The notes under the pieces were generated by a model. It saw nothing but the letters and a program-made list of their open reading frames with translations. It was not told the DNA's origin and made no database searches. DNA of 49,991 nt from Fibrobacteria bacterium (GTDB lineage: Bacteria; Fibrobacterota; Fibrobacteria; UBA11236). The stretch is taken from assembly GCA_050486505.1 (NCBI GenBank), contig JBJHDK010000010.1, positions 1 to 49,991 of the forward strand, written 5' to 3'. Shown here piece after piece: positions 20,990 to 30,512 of the stretch (within the stretch, counting starts at the first letter, position 1; each line of letters starts with the position of its first letter). Both the position numbers and the translations under genes were made by a program.

Positions 20990-23389
20990 TTAATGCGCCG
21001 TCTTCTCCTTCTTCAGCTTGCGGGCCTCCCACAGGCCGAGAATGCCGCCAAGCAGGAGGATGGTCGAGAGCAGGCTGGCGGCGAGACCGATGAGGGTGGT
21101 GATGCCCAGCGAGGCCAGCCCGTAGTGGTCCGAGAACGCCATGGGGACGAAGCCGATGGCGGCGATTCCCGTGGCGGCCAGCGCAGTGATGCCGGTGCGG
21201 CGAAGGACGAGCGGAATGGATCCGCGCCCCTCTTCCTCGTAGCGGTGGTGCAGCACGAGCGCGTGCAAGGTCGCGTAGGAAAGAGCCACGGGGAAGGCGA
21301 TGAGGTTGTAGGGATTGACGCGGATCCCCAGCCATTTGATGCATCCGAGCGTCCACAGCAAGGTCGCGATGACGGGCAGCAGGAGGAGCAGGGCGCCGCG
21401 GAAAGATGCCACGGTCAGCCACAACACGATGAAAATCACGCCGAGCCCGAACACCATGGCGCGCTGCGTGTCGGGCAGCATGCCGCGGACCAGTTCGCCG
21501 TACACCACGGCCCAACCACCCGCCACGCGGACCTCGCCGTTCGGCAGGGTGACCGCGCCGACTTCCCGCGCGAAATCGAGAACGTTGACGCCTTCGTCGT
21601 CGTGACGCTTGGGGAAGGCGTAGGTAAACACTCCCGAATATCCCTCGCGCCCGGTGAACTTGAGCCGGTAGGTTTCGGGGAGGTCCCGCGAGGTCAGTGC
21701 GCGCTCGGGCCAGCTCTCCGTGAGGCGCTTCAGACTGGCACGCAGGGAGCCTTGGGTCTGGGCGATCAACTCGGGGGTCAGGGTCGCCCTCAGGCGCGAG
21801 GCGATGACCAGCTTTTCTTCCTGGTCGGCGGGCAGGAGATCTTTCAGTGTCGCAACATCGCCGATTTCGCTGTCGGGGTTCCCCAACTGTCTTCGACGCA
21901 ATTCCTCGGCGATGTAGAGCGCTTCGTCGGCGTCGCGTGCAAGAAAGACGGCGGGGGAAATGAGTTCCTCGCCTGCGGCGCGCAGCAGGCTGTCGGCGCG
22001 CGCCGTGGCGTCCCCGCGGAAGCCCAGGGTGTCGACATCGTGCAGGAAGCGCCATTGCGGCCCGTGCCGCAGCACGACGGCGCTGAGCACTGCGGCGATG
22101 ACCAGGAACAGCTTTGCGTGCCGGAAAGGGCGCGGCTGCTCCGTCGCAGGAGTGTTGTACAGGCGCTCGCCGCGAGGCTGCAGGAGGCCGGTGGGCTCAA
22201 CCAGCCGCAGCAGGGCGGGGAAGACCGCCAGGACTGCGATCACGGTGCACAGCATGCCGATTCCCGCGACGAGGCCGAAGTCCGCCAGCGCCCTGAACTG
22301 CGTGGTCCGGAAGGTCAGGAAGGCAAGCGCGAGCGTGACGAGGCCTGCGGCGATGGCGGGGCCGGTTTCCAATGTGATGGTCTCGAAGGCGACCGAGGCG
22401 GACAGGCGCTTGCGGCGTTCTTCGGCGTAGCGCGCGAGCAGATGCACTGCGCCGGCGATCCCGAGGCCGATCAGGAGGAGGCTCAGGGGCGCGGACACGA
22501 TGCCCAAGGGGCCCAGCCAAAGATGGGTGAGGGCGGCCGTCCAGATCACGGCCATGCTGACCGGAAAAAGCGCGAGGAAGGCGCCTGCGGGAATACGCAG
22601 GAAGAGCAGCAGCAGGAGGGCTCCGGTGAGGTACAGCGCCATCCGCGTGGAGTGCAGCAGGCGGCTGAACAGGCGCCCCTCGTTCTGGATGGTGCGCATC
22701 ACTTCACCCGTGAACAGGATTTCGACGGGAGCGCCGCGTGTCGCAAGTCCGTTCGCGACCCCCTGGACGTGGGCGACGAAGGCCCGGCAGGCATGGATGT
22801 CGTTCACGTCGAACGATGGGTAGATGCGCAGCACCAGCGTGGTGGAGTCGGCCGACCCGTGCAGGTCCTTCAGGCGGGAAAAATATTTGGCCTCCAGATC
22901 TTCGAAGCCTGCCGCATCGAAACCGCGGCCGACGGTGTCGGACAGATCGACCACCATGGGGTTATGGCGCGGGCGGCTGAGCCAGAATCCTGATCCCACG
23001 CGGCGCTCCACCTCGCGCAAATCTTCCAGTGAGATGTAGAGAAGCTTGTGGTCGCGATAGAAATCCGCTTCCGTGCGGAACTCGAGAAAATTGATGTCCG
23101 GGTGTTTTTCCAGCGCATCGGCCAGTGCCTTGACCATCCCGGCATTGCGCACGGGATCCTCCGAATGAACGACGACGGCGAGGTGTCCCGCGCTTCCGAA
23201 CTCGCGGCCGAACTCCTTCCAGGCCTGGACACTCTCCCAGTTACGCGGAAGCAGGTCGAGCGCGGAAGCCCGCACTTCGAAGTCGCGCAGAGGAACTAGG
23301 GCGGCAATGGTCGCCAGCACTGCCGCTGCGAAAAGCCACCCGGGCTTTCGCTGAAGCAGGTAAAAAAGCTTGCAAAGGGGGGTGAACAC
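20990..23389 (-). CDS. MMPL/RND-superfamily exporter
   Basis: Two repeats of 1 TM, large periplasmic loop and 5 TM; LLARYAEER / LHHRYEEEG; GTG start. Confidence 0.85.
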   Translation of the reverse strand: MFTPLCKLFYLLQRKPGWLFAAAVLATIAALVPLRDFEVRASALDLLPRNWESVQAWKEFGREFGSAGHLAVVVHSEDPVRNAGMVKALADALEKHPDINFLEFRTEADFYRDHKLLYISLEDLREVERRVGSGFWLSRPRHNPMVVDLSDTVGRGFDAAGFEDLEAKYFSRLKDLHGSADSTTLVLRIYPSFDVNDIHACRAFVAHVQGVANGLATRGAPVEILFTGEVMRTIQNEGRLFSRLLHSTRMALYLTGALLLLLFLRIPAGAFLALFPVSMAVIWTAALTHLWLGPLGIVSAPLSLLLIGLGIAGAVHLLARYAEERRKRLSASVAFETITLETGPAIAAGLVTLALAFLTFRTTQFRALADFGLVAGIGMLCTVIAVLAVFPALLRLVEPTGLLQPRGERLYNTPATEQPRPFRHAKLFLVIAAVLSAVVLRHGPQWRFLHDVDTLGFRGDATARADSLLRAAGEELISPAVFLARDADEALYIAEELRRRQLGNPDSEIGDVATLKDLLPADQEEKLVIASRLRATLTPELIAQTQGSLRASLKRLTESWPERALTSRDLPETYRLKFTGREGYSGVFTYAFPKRHDDEGVNVLDFAREVGAVTLPNGEVRVAGGWAVVYGELVRGMLPDTQRAMVFGLGVIFIVLWLTVASFRGALLLLLPVIATLLWTLGCIKWLGIRVNPYNLIAFPVALSYATLHALVLHHRYEEEGRGSIPLVLRRTGITALAATGIAAIGFVPMAFSDHYGLASLGITTLIGLAASLLSTILLLGGILGLWEARKLKKEKTAH

Positions 23390-23396
23390 GATGAGA

Positions 23397-23592
23397 AATT
23401 AAGAATTAAGAATTATGAATTACGAATGGAGCACAACGAAGATGAAGGAGCTGCGGAATGCCGGAAGGAGGTTTGCAAAGGCCTGTTTTGGGTTTATCCC
23501 TCCACGCTTTGCAATAATTGGCATAATGTATCCTGCCCTGTGTTTCATTCTTAGCTCTTAACTCTTAACTCTTGATTCCTAATTCCTAATTT
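23397..23592. repeat. Inverted 7-mer tandem-repeat element B
   Basis: Left AATTAAG AATTAAG AATTATG AATTACG (23397-23424); right TTCATTC TTAGCTC TTAACTC TTAACTC TTGATTC CTAATTC CTAATTT (23544-23592). Confidence 0.9.
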
Positions 23593-23598
23593 TCGCCG

Positions 23599-24450
23599 GT
23601 GCCGTTACCACCGGGTGCCCGTCGCTCAATCCATGTCTTCGACCTCGACGATACCCTGATCGTCACGGAGGCGAAGGTCCGCGTGCTCGCCGCGAACGGA
23701 GAGGAAAACCACGCGCTCACTCCCGCCGAGTTCACCACCTATGGACTGAAGGAGGGGGAGGCTTTCGACTTTCGCGATTTCGGCAATGTGGGAATTCTCG
23801 CAAAGGGTGTTTTGGTGGGGTACACCCGCACCATCATTGAAAGCATCCTCAGGCACGGAACGCGCAGCGACTTCGGCATTCTCACCGCGCGCGGCGACAA
23901 GCGCCTGCATGCCCCCTTTCTCATCCGTCTTTTCCACGGCCTGTTCGGCATCAGGCTGAGAAACTCCCTGATCTTCAATCTCTCGGACGAGCGCTTTCTG
24001 CGGCACAAGGAGTCGAAAGAGCTTCCCCAGGCCTTCGCGGGCAAGACATATGCGAAGTTGACCGTTCCCGAACGCAAGGCCCTCGTGATCGGGCAGGATC
24101 TCGCCGCGCGCGGATACAATGACATTTCACTCTACGACGACAGCCGTGAAAACCTGGCGGCCTTCAAGGTGATCCACCGGGCGTTCCCTGAAATCACCTA
24201 CCGGCCCCACTTCATTGATCCGGCCTGGCGCGTTCGTCTCGGGGAATTCCGCGCGTCCGGAAAGCTCCGCAAGCCGCTTGCCAGTGGGCGCGCCTCGGCG
24301 TTGATTCTTCTCGAGCATCACTCCCGCTACCGCGAAAACCCCGAGGCGGGACTGCGCGCCCTGCAGGAACGGGGTGGCGTCTCGCTGGGAGGGGGCGTGC
24401 GACTCGTCCATGCCGACGGAAAATACGCGCTGGAGAGGAACGAGGACTGA
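23599..24450 (+). CDS. HAD-superfamily hydrolase-like protein
   Basis: Motif I VFDLDDTL, motif II ILTARG, ERK, motif IV LYDDSRENL. Confidence 0.75.
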   Translation: MPLPPGARRSIHVFDLDDTLIVTEAKVRVLAANGEENHALTPAEFTTYGLKEGEAFDFRDFGNVGILAKGVLVGYTRTIIESILRHGTRSDFGILTARGDKRLHAPFLIRLFHGLFGIRLRNSLIFNLSDERFLRHKESKELPQAFAGKTYAKLTVPERKALVIGQDLAARGYNDISLYDDSRENLAAFKVIHRAFPEITYRPHFIDPAWRVRLGEFRASGKLRKPLASGRASALILLEHHSRYRENPEAGLRALQERGGVSLGGGVRLVHADGKYALERNED

Positions 24451-24451
24451 T

Positions 24452-25150
24452 TTGATCCCTGCATCTGAAGTTCGCGAGCGGCCGCATGGAATCGTGATCC
24501 CGGCCTTGGAAGCCGCCCGAAGCCTTCCCGGCGTGCTCGACGCGCTGGTCACGCGCGTGGATGCCTCGCGCATTCTCGTTGTCGACGACGGATCCGGTGA
24601 CGCCACGGCCGATGCCGTCGCCAAGCGTGGAATACTCGTCCTCCGCCACCCGGTGAACCGCGGAAAAGGAGCGGCGCTCATGACCGGGCTGTTGCACGCG
24701 CGCGATGATCTCGGTTGGGAGTGGGCCATCCCGCTCGATGCCGACGGCCAGCACGATCCCGCCGACCTCGAGGCCTTTCTCTCCGCCAGGCCCGGGCCAT
24801 CCACGGGAATCCTGGCCGGCGCGCGCTCCCGTTCAGGCAGCAACATGCCTTGGCATCGCCGCTTCAGCAACGCATCCACCACGTGGCTGGTTTCACGCCT
24901 GGCAGGCCGTCCGGTGCACGACGCACAATGCGGGTATCGCGCTTACCGGTTGGAGTTGGGGGGGATCCTGCCGCGGGAAGGACGTTTCGATTGGGAACCC
25001 CAGGCATTGATCCTGGCGTCCCGTGCCGGGTGGGGGATCGATCGCATTCCCGTCCGCACGGTGTACGCGGGGGAAAGGAGCCACATGAACCTCGTGAGCG
25101 ACACAATGCGCTTTCTGCGCATGGCATGGAGATTGGCATGGACGCGCTGA
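24452..25150 (+). CDS. Glycosyltransferase family 2 (DPM1/polyprenol-phosphate type)
   Basis: IVIPA, VVDDGSGDAT, HPVNRGKGAAL, LDADGQHDP, RRFSN, DAQCGYRAY; probable TTG start at 24452 after GAGGA. Confidence 0.9.
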   Translation: MIPASEVRERPHGIVIPALEAARSLPGVLDALVTRVDASRILVVDDGSGDATADAVAKRGILVLRHPVNRGKGAALMTGLLHARDDLGWEWAIPLDADGQHDPADLEAFLSARPGPSTGILAGARSRSGSNMPWHRRFSNASTTWLVSRLAGRPVHDAQCGYRAYRLELGGILPREGRFDWEPQALILASRAGWGIDRIPVRTVYAGERSHMNLVSDTMRFLRMAWRLAWTR

Positions 25151-25782
25151 CGCTCGCGAGGCAACGCATGGTCGCGGATGTGTTCCGCAGGCTGGGCCTC
25201 CACGACGAGGAACTCGAGCGGATTTTCAACGCGGTTCCCCGGCATCACTTTCTGGATTCCGCGCAACGCCATTCCGCTTACCACGATGCCGCATTGCCCA
25301 TCGGGTTCGGCCAGACCATCTCGCAGCCGACCATCGTCGCCATGATGACGCACGCGCTCGCACCCCGGCGCGGCGACAAGATTCTCGAGGTGGGCACGGG
25401 ATCCGGCTACCAGACCGCCATCCTCGCACAGTACACTCCGCGACTTTATACCATCGAAAGACACGCGGAGCTTTCCCGCCGCGCCCAAGGCGTGCTGGAA
25501 TCGATCGGCCTTCGCAACGTCATCTACAAGACCGGGGATGGAAGCCTGGGCTGGGAGAGCTGGGCGCCCTTCGACCGCATCCTGGTCGCGGCGGGCGCCC
25601 CTGTCGCTCCCGAAGCGCTGAAGCGCCAGCTTGCGGATGGAGGCCGGCTCGTGATTCCCTGCGGTGACCGGGAATCCCAGCGCCTTCTCTGCATCGACCG
25701 CAAGGGAGACATCTTCGTCGAAAGCGATCTTGGAGCCTGCCGTTTCGTTCCCTTGGTGGGGACGCAGGGGTTTGGACAGTGA
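25138..25782 (+). CDS. pcm: Protein-L-isoaspartate O-methyltransferase
   Basis: VPRHHF, AYHDAALPIGFGQTISQP, ILEVGTGSGYQTAILA, GDGSLGW, APFDRI, GGRLVIP, RFVPLVG. Confidence 0.96.
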   Translation: MDALTLARQRMVADVFRRLGLHDEELERIFNAVPRHHFLDSAQRHSAYHDAALPIGFGQTISQPTIVAMMTHALAPRRGDKILEVGTGSGYQTAILAQYTPRLYTIERHAELSRRAQGVLESIGLRNVIYKTGDGSLGWESWAPFDRILVAAGAPVAPEALKRQLADGGRLVIPCGDRESQRLLCIDRKGDIFVESDLGACRFVPLVGTQGFGQ

Positions 25783-25862
25783 GCAGTCAGTCGTGAAGAC
25801 AGTTATGATAATCAGGGGCGCTGCCTCTCGTTGCCCACTGTCTGCTTCCACTCTCCACTGTT
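25775..25862. repeat. Degenerate inverted 7-mer element C
   Basis: Left GACAGTG AGCAGTC..GACAGTT; right CACTGTC..CACTCTC CACTGTT; between convergent pcm and amidase. Confidence 0.6.
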
Positions 25863-25863
25863 C

Positions 25864-27396
25864 CTATCCTCCTCCGTTCCGGCTGCGCTGAAAGTCGTCG
25901 ATGGCGCGCGCGAGGCGGCGTGCGATCTCGCGCTGGCCCTGCGGGGAGGAGAGCACGCGGCGGTCGCGATCGTTGGTGAGAAACCCCATTTCGAAGAGAA
26001 CGGCGGGCATGTACGCGCCGACCAGCACGAAGAAGCCCGCTTGGCGCGCACCGGTGGAATACTTCGGAATTTCGAATCCTGAAAAGTTCTTCACGATGGA
26101 TTCGGTCAGGGCCTCGCTCTGCTTCGAGTAGAGGTTCAACTGGTGTTCGAGCAGGATCCAGTCCAGCGGGGAAATTTCCGTTTTTCCGCCTCCGCCTGCC
26201 TGCTCAATGGCCTGGTTTTCGCGTCGGGCGATGGCCTTGTCCTCTTCGCTCTGTGCCTCCCGCAGGATGTACGCCACGAAGCCGCTGACCTGGGCCTGCC
26301 GGCTTGGAGGCCCCGCGATCGAGTTGCTGTGGAGGCTTACGAAGACATCGCCGTTGTTGTCTGAAGCGAACTGCGGGCGTTCCTGCAATGTCAGGAAAAC
26401 ATCCTTGTCGCGGGTCAGCAGAACCTTGTAACCCATGTTCTGCAACTCGGTGCGCAAGCGCAGGGCAACGGCCAGATTCACGTCCGACTCACGCACGCCG
26501 CGCACCACGGCGCCGGGATCCTTGCCGCCATGCCCGGCATCCACGATGATGGTGCCGCGGGCCCTCGCCTCGTCAGGACGCTCGACGTGACGCCGCACCA
26601 CCACGCGCCAGCCGTTCGCCTCGGGGAGCAACTCCACGCTGTCTCGCGCGCCCCGCAGGCGCAGGGTGAACTGGGTGACCTCTCCGTCCTGTCGGGCCTC
26701 CACGTGCATCAGCGGGCCCGAGCCTTGCAGGCGCGCGGGGACTTCGGGGTCGAGCCGTCCACCGAACGCCCTGAGGATGTAGTGCGGACGGGAGAGGACC
26801 CCCTGCCATTCCGCTCCCCGCTCCGCGCGGATGCGCAGGATGACGCCCTCGGTGTTTTCTTCGAGCACCATGCCGGTGATGCGTGCCGCTCCTGGCGGGT
26901 GCGGGGCGGTGATGGAGGTGTCGCTCTCGGGAGCCGCATCCGCGGCACCGGGAACGGGGAGGCGGGGAATATGGGCGACGGCTCCCCGGGGAGCGCTCCC
27001 CGGGGTGATGGCGATGCCCTGCGCGCGGAGCACGCGCAGCACGGGGTGCAGCGGCAGGTAAATGCGTTCGGGGCCGCGGCGCACGGGGTAGGTGAGGTTG
27101 TAGACTTCGCCCTGCACCGTCATGAACGGGTTATCGAGGGTGAAGACCCAGTCCTTGCGTCCGGGGCCGGTGATGGTTTGTTGCTGTGCCAGGGGATCCC
27201 AGCGAGCGGGGGTGCCGAAGAGTGAAGCGAGAAACTCGGAAGACACGTAGGAGACTTGCTCGAAGGTCGTGTCGGCGAAGGTTCCGCCGCCGAAGGCCAC
27301 GCCCCCCCCCCGGTGTGCGGGAAACTCGACCGCGCGCACGCCGGAGGCGAACACGCACAGGGACAGGACGAGGCCCGAGAGAATCCGAAGGCCCAT
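25864..27396 (-). CDS. N-acetylmuramoyl-L-alanine amidase (Amidase_3, AmiC-like)
   Basis: Signal peptide; IIVDAGHGGKDPGA, ESDVNL, LTRDKD, FVSLHSNS, ARREN, RQAGFFVLVGAYMPAVLFEMGFLTN. Confidence 0.93.
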   Translation of the reverse strand: MGLRILSGLVLSLCVFASGVRAVEFPAHRGGGVAFGGGTFADTTFEQVSYVSSEFLASLFGTPARWDPLAQQQTITGPGRKDWVFTLDNPFMTVQGEVYNLTYPVRRGPERIYLPLHPVLRVLRAQGIAITPGSAPRGAVAHIPRLPVPGAADAAPESDTSITAPHPPGAARITGMVLEENTEGVILRIRAERGAEWQGVLSRPHYILRAFGGRLDPEVPARLQGSGPLMHVEARQDGEVTQFTLRLRGARDSVELLPEANGWRVVVRRHVERPDEARARGTIIVDAGHGGKDPGAVVRGVRESDVNLAVALRLRTELQNMGYKVLLTRDKDVFLTLQERPQFASDNNGDVFVSLHSNSIAGPPSRQAQVSGFVAYILREAQSEEDKAIARRENQAIEQAGGGGKTEISPLDWILLEHQLNLYSKQSEALTESIVKNFSGFEIPKYSTGARQAGFFVLVGAYMPAVLFEMGFLTNDRDRRVLSSPQGQREIARRLARAIDDFQRSRNGGG

Positions 27397-27398
27397 CG

Positions 27399-27857
27399 TC
27401 AGCGGTTCCGTTCTCGCAGGGCGCGGGCGATTTCGATTTTGGCTTCCTGTTTGGCCTTGTCGGCGCGCTTGTCGTGGGCGGCCTTGCCCTTGGCGACGCC
27501 GACCAGAACCTTGAGATGATCGCCCTTGAAGTAGGCCTTGAGGGGAACCAGCGTCAATCCCTGGCGCGAGGTCGCCTCGTCCATTTCGCGAATTTCCTTC
27601 GCGTGGGCCAGCAGCTTGCGTTCCCGCCTCGGAGCATGGTTGAAATGCGCGGCCTTCACGTATTCCTCGATATGCGCGTTGACCAGGAAAAGCTCGTTCT
27701 TGCGCACCGCGGCGAAGGCCTCCGTGAGCGACATCTTGCCCATGCGCACCGATTTGATCTCCGTGCCCTTGAGCACAATGCCGGTTTCGTAGGTTTCGAG
27801 AATATGGTATTCATGCCGCGCGCGGCGGTTTTCGATGACGGGGAGTGAAGTGGGCAC
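27399..27857 (-). CDS. smpB: SsrA-binding protein
   Basis: NRRARHEYHILETYETGIVLKGTEIKSVR, NHAPRRERKLL, GLTLVPL, KGKAAHDKR. Confidence 0.97.
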   Translation of the reverse strand: MPTSLPVIENRRARHEYHILETYETGIVLKGTEIKSVRMGKMSLTEAFAAVRKNELFLVNAHIEEYVKAAHFNHAPRRERKLLAHAKEIREMDEATSRQGLTLVPLKAYFKGDHLKVLVGVAKGKAAHDKRADKAKQEAKIEIARALRERNR

Positions 27858-27863
27858 GGGGAG

Positions 27864-28001
27864 AAGTTACGAATTAAGAATTACGAATTAAGACTTGCGA
27901 AAGGGGGGCGCCTTGAATGGTGGGGAATGGCGGTTCAGCGGCAATTGCGCACCGACGTTTCACATGAAGAGACTCCTGTGTTTAACTCGTAACTCGTAAT
28001 G
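27864..28001. repeat. Inverted 7-mer tandem-repeat element D
   Basis: Left AAGTTAC GAATTAA GAATTAC GAATTAA (27864-27891); right TTAACTC GTAACTC GTAATG (27982-28001). Confidence 0.85.
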
Positions 28002-28010
28002 ACAAGGCTG

Positions 28011-28310
28011 CTACGCAGCCTTGTCATTTCCATTCAGCGCGGACTTGAGTTCCTTGCTGGCTTCGAAGACGGGCTTGAAGCCGGCTTCGATGTGCACCAT
28101 TTCGCCAGTGCGGGGGTTGCGTGCTTCCCGAGCTTTCTTTTCCTTGACCTTGAAGCGTCCGAAGCCGCGGATCTCGATGTTCTTCCCGTCGCGCAGCGAC
28201 TTGGAGATCGAGTCGAGGAAGCACTCGACGATCACCTTCGTATCGACCTGGGTGAGGCCGGTGCGTTCCGCGATCGCGTCGACGATGTCTTTTTTGGTGA
28301 CGTTTCCCAT
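28011..28310 (-). CDS. HU/IHF family DNA-binding protein
   Basis: TKKDIVDAIA, IEIRGFGRF, ARNPRTGE, PVFEASKELK. Confidence 0.95.
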   Translation of the reverse strand: MGNVTKKDIVDAIAERTGLTQVDTKVIVECFLDSISKSLRDGKNIEIRGFGRFKVKEKKAREARNPRTGEMVHIEAGFKPVFEASKELKSALNGNDKAA

Positions 28311-28430
28311 GGTGCTGGACAAACATATAACACCAAAGCTTCATGAAATGCAAGGAGCGGGGAGGGAGTCCGAAAAACACGGAGCCGGGGTTCCCGGAGA
28401 AACCGGGGGGCCGGCGGGGCATCAGATCGG

Positions 28431-29231
28431 CTACGTGTCCTTGGGGGAGGGGGTTTCGGGCCGCATCCCCGAGAAATCGCGCTGCCGGGCGGTTTCGTAA
28501 AGCAACAGGGCCAGCGCCACGGAGGCATTGTAGGAGTGACACCCTTCCGCCATGGGAAGCCGCAGCGTCGCAGTGAGGCAACGCGCGATGTGCGGGGGGA
28601 TACCGCGATCCTCTCCGCCGCCCACGAGCACGACGGGGCCGGTGAGGGGGGCGGAGTGCGCCTCCGCCTTGCCTTCTGCATCGAGGCCGACCACGGCGAA
28701 GCCGGCGTCGGCCAACTCCCTGAGGTCGAGTGCGATGTCGCGCGACCGGCAAATGGGAAGCGCGCTTTCGGCCCCGGCGGCGGCCTTGGCCGCTGCGGGC
28801 GTCAGGCCCGTGGATCCCTTGCCGGGGAGCAGCATGGCATCGGCCCCCAGGCCCGCCGCTGCGCGGATGCAGGCGCCGAGGTTCCGGGGATCCTCAAAGG
28901 CGGCGGGCACGACGATGACCGGGTTCCGGCCCCCCCGCATTTGTTCCAGCAGGCGATCGCGCACGGTCTCCCAGCTCTCCAGCGGGCGGGATTCGCAGAA
29001 GGCGAGCACGCCCTGATGGGATCCGGGGTGCCAGGCGTCGAGCTGTGCCTTGGGGAGTTGCTGCACCTGGATTCCCGCGTCCTCGGCGAGCTTCTGCAGG
29101 TCGTAGAGGCGGCGCTGTGCCGCACCGCGCTGGAGCACGAGCCGGCGTACGCGCAACGGATCGTTGCGCAGCAGGGCCTCGACGGCGTGCAGGCCGCCCG
29201 TGACGGCGGAGGGGTCGATTCTGCGGGGCAT
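28431..29231 (-). CDS. rlmB: 23S rRNA (guanosine-2'-O)-methyltransferase, TrmH/SpoU family
   Basis: GLHAVEALL, HQGV, EDPRNLGACIR, GGEDRGI, LPM..SYNASVA. Confidence 0.85.
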   Translation of the reverse strand: MPRRIDPSAVTGGLHAVEALLRNDPLRVRRLVLQRGAAQRRLYDLQKLAEDAGIQVQQLPKAQLDAWHPGSHQGVLAFCESRPLESWETVRDRLLEQMRGGRNPVIVVPAAFEDPRNLGACIRAAAGLGADAMLLPGKGSTGLTPAAAKAAAGAESALPICRSRDIALDLRELADAGFAVVGLDAEGKAEAHSAPLTGPVVLVGGGEDRGIPPHIARCLTATLRLPMAEGCHSYNASVALALLLYETARQRDFSGMRPETPSPKDT

Positions 29232-29236
29232 TCAGG

Positions 29237-29329
29237 GAGTGGCGAGTGACAAGTGACGAGTGATGAGTTTTCGGTCGCTGCGAGTACGCGAAACGCCTTG
29301 CATCACGCCACACTCGTGAATCATCACTT
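29237..29329. repeat. Inverted 7-mer tandem-repeat element E
   Basis: Left GAGTGGC GAGTGAC AAGTGAC GAGTGAT (29237-29264); degenerate right ATCACGC CACACTC..ATCACTT (29302-29329). Confidence 0.75.
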
Positions 29330-30466
29330 TGTTCCTGCGGAGGCGAACCCCTCGATCGATTTCAAAAATTCTTCGAAGAGATAGTGCGAATCCTTCGGTC
29401 CCGGGCTGGCTTCCGGGTGATATTGCACCGAGAAGGCGGGGAAGGTCTTGTGGCGCAGTCCGGCGACGGTGTTGTCGTTGAGATTCACGTGCGTGATTTC
29501 CGCGACGGCGGGGTCGATCGACGCGGGGTCCACGGCGAAGCCGTGGTTCTGCGAGGTGATCTCGACCTTGGCGGTACGCAGGTCCTGCACGGGGTGGTTC
29601 GCGCCGCGGTGACCGAACTTGAGTTTGAAGGTCTTGCCGCCCAGCGAGCGGGCGAGCAGTTGGTGTCCGAGGCAGATGCCGAAGATCGGACGCTTGCCGA
29701 GCAGGCCGCGCACGGTCTCGACCGCGTAGTCGAGCACGGCGGGGTCGCCCGGGCCGTTACTGAGCAGGATGCCGTCGGGGTTGACAGCGAGGATCTCGTC
29801 CGCCGACGCGGTGGCGGGAAAGCGCACCACCTTTGCGCCCAGGTCGCGCAGCTTGCGCAGGATGTTGTGCTTGGCCCCGTAGTCGATGGCAGCGATGGTC
29901 CAGGTCTCCGGGCGTCCCGCGGGTGGGCGGAAGGAGATGGGGTGTTCTCCGTCGCCCCATGTGCAGGATTCGGGGACGGTGACCTTGGCCACGTAGTCGG
30001 TCTCGGAGAGGGAGCGCACCTTGCGGGCGCTCTCGAGCACTTCCTTCAGGTCGTAGTCTCCGGCCACCAGCACGCCGTTCTTGGCGCCCGTCTCCCGCAG
30101 GATGCGGGTCAGTCGCCGCGTATCGATTCCCTGGATTCCGGGGATGCCCTGCGCCTTGAGGTAGTCCGACACTGTGATGACATCACCACCTGCCCGGAAG
30201 TTGGAAGGGTAGGGACAGACGTTTTTGACGACAAGGCCGGTTGCCTGGATGCGCGATGACTCAACATCCTCGACATTCACGCCGTAATTGCCGATTTCGG
30301 GGTAGGTCAGGGTGACGATCTGTCCGGCGTAGGAGGGGTCGGTGAGAATTTCCTGGTATCCGGTCAGCGAAGTGTTGAAGCAGATTTCGCCTTCGACGCG
30401 TGCCTCCGCCCCGAAACCTTCGCCCTCGAAATAATTCCCGTCTTCCAGTGCCAGAACTGCCCGCAT
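29324..30466 (-). CDS. carA: Carbamoyl-phosphate synthase small subunit
   Basis: GEICFNTSLTGYQEILTDPSYAGQ, GIDTRRLT, LSNGPGDP, GICLGHQ, KFGHRGANHPV, SVQYHPEASPGP. Confidence 0.98.
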   Translation of the reverse strand: MRAVLALEDGNYFEGEGFGAEARVEGEICFNTSLTGYQEILTDPSYAGQIVTLTYPEIGNYGVNVEDVESSRIQATGLVVKNVCPYPSNFRAGGDVITVSDYLKAQGIPGIQGIDTRRLTRILRETGAKNGVLVAGDYDLKEVLESARKVRSLSETDYVAKVTVPESCTWGDGEHPISFRPPAGRPETWTIAAIDYGAKHNILRKLRDLGAKVVRFPATASADEILAVNPDGILLSNGPGDPAVLDYAVETVRGLLGKRPIFGICLGHQLLARSLGGKTFKLKFGHRGANHPVQDLRTAKVEITSQNHGFAVDPASIDPAVAEITHVNLNDNTVAGLRHKTFPAFSVQYHPEASPGPKDSHYLFEEFLKSIEGFASAGTK

Positions 30467-30512
30467 GCCTCTCCCTGCCGTTACCCGTCGGGCGTGGGCC
30501 CGACGGAGATGA

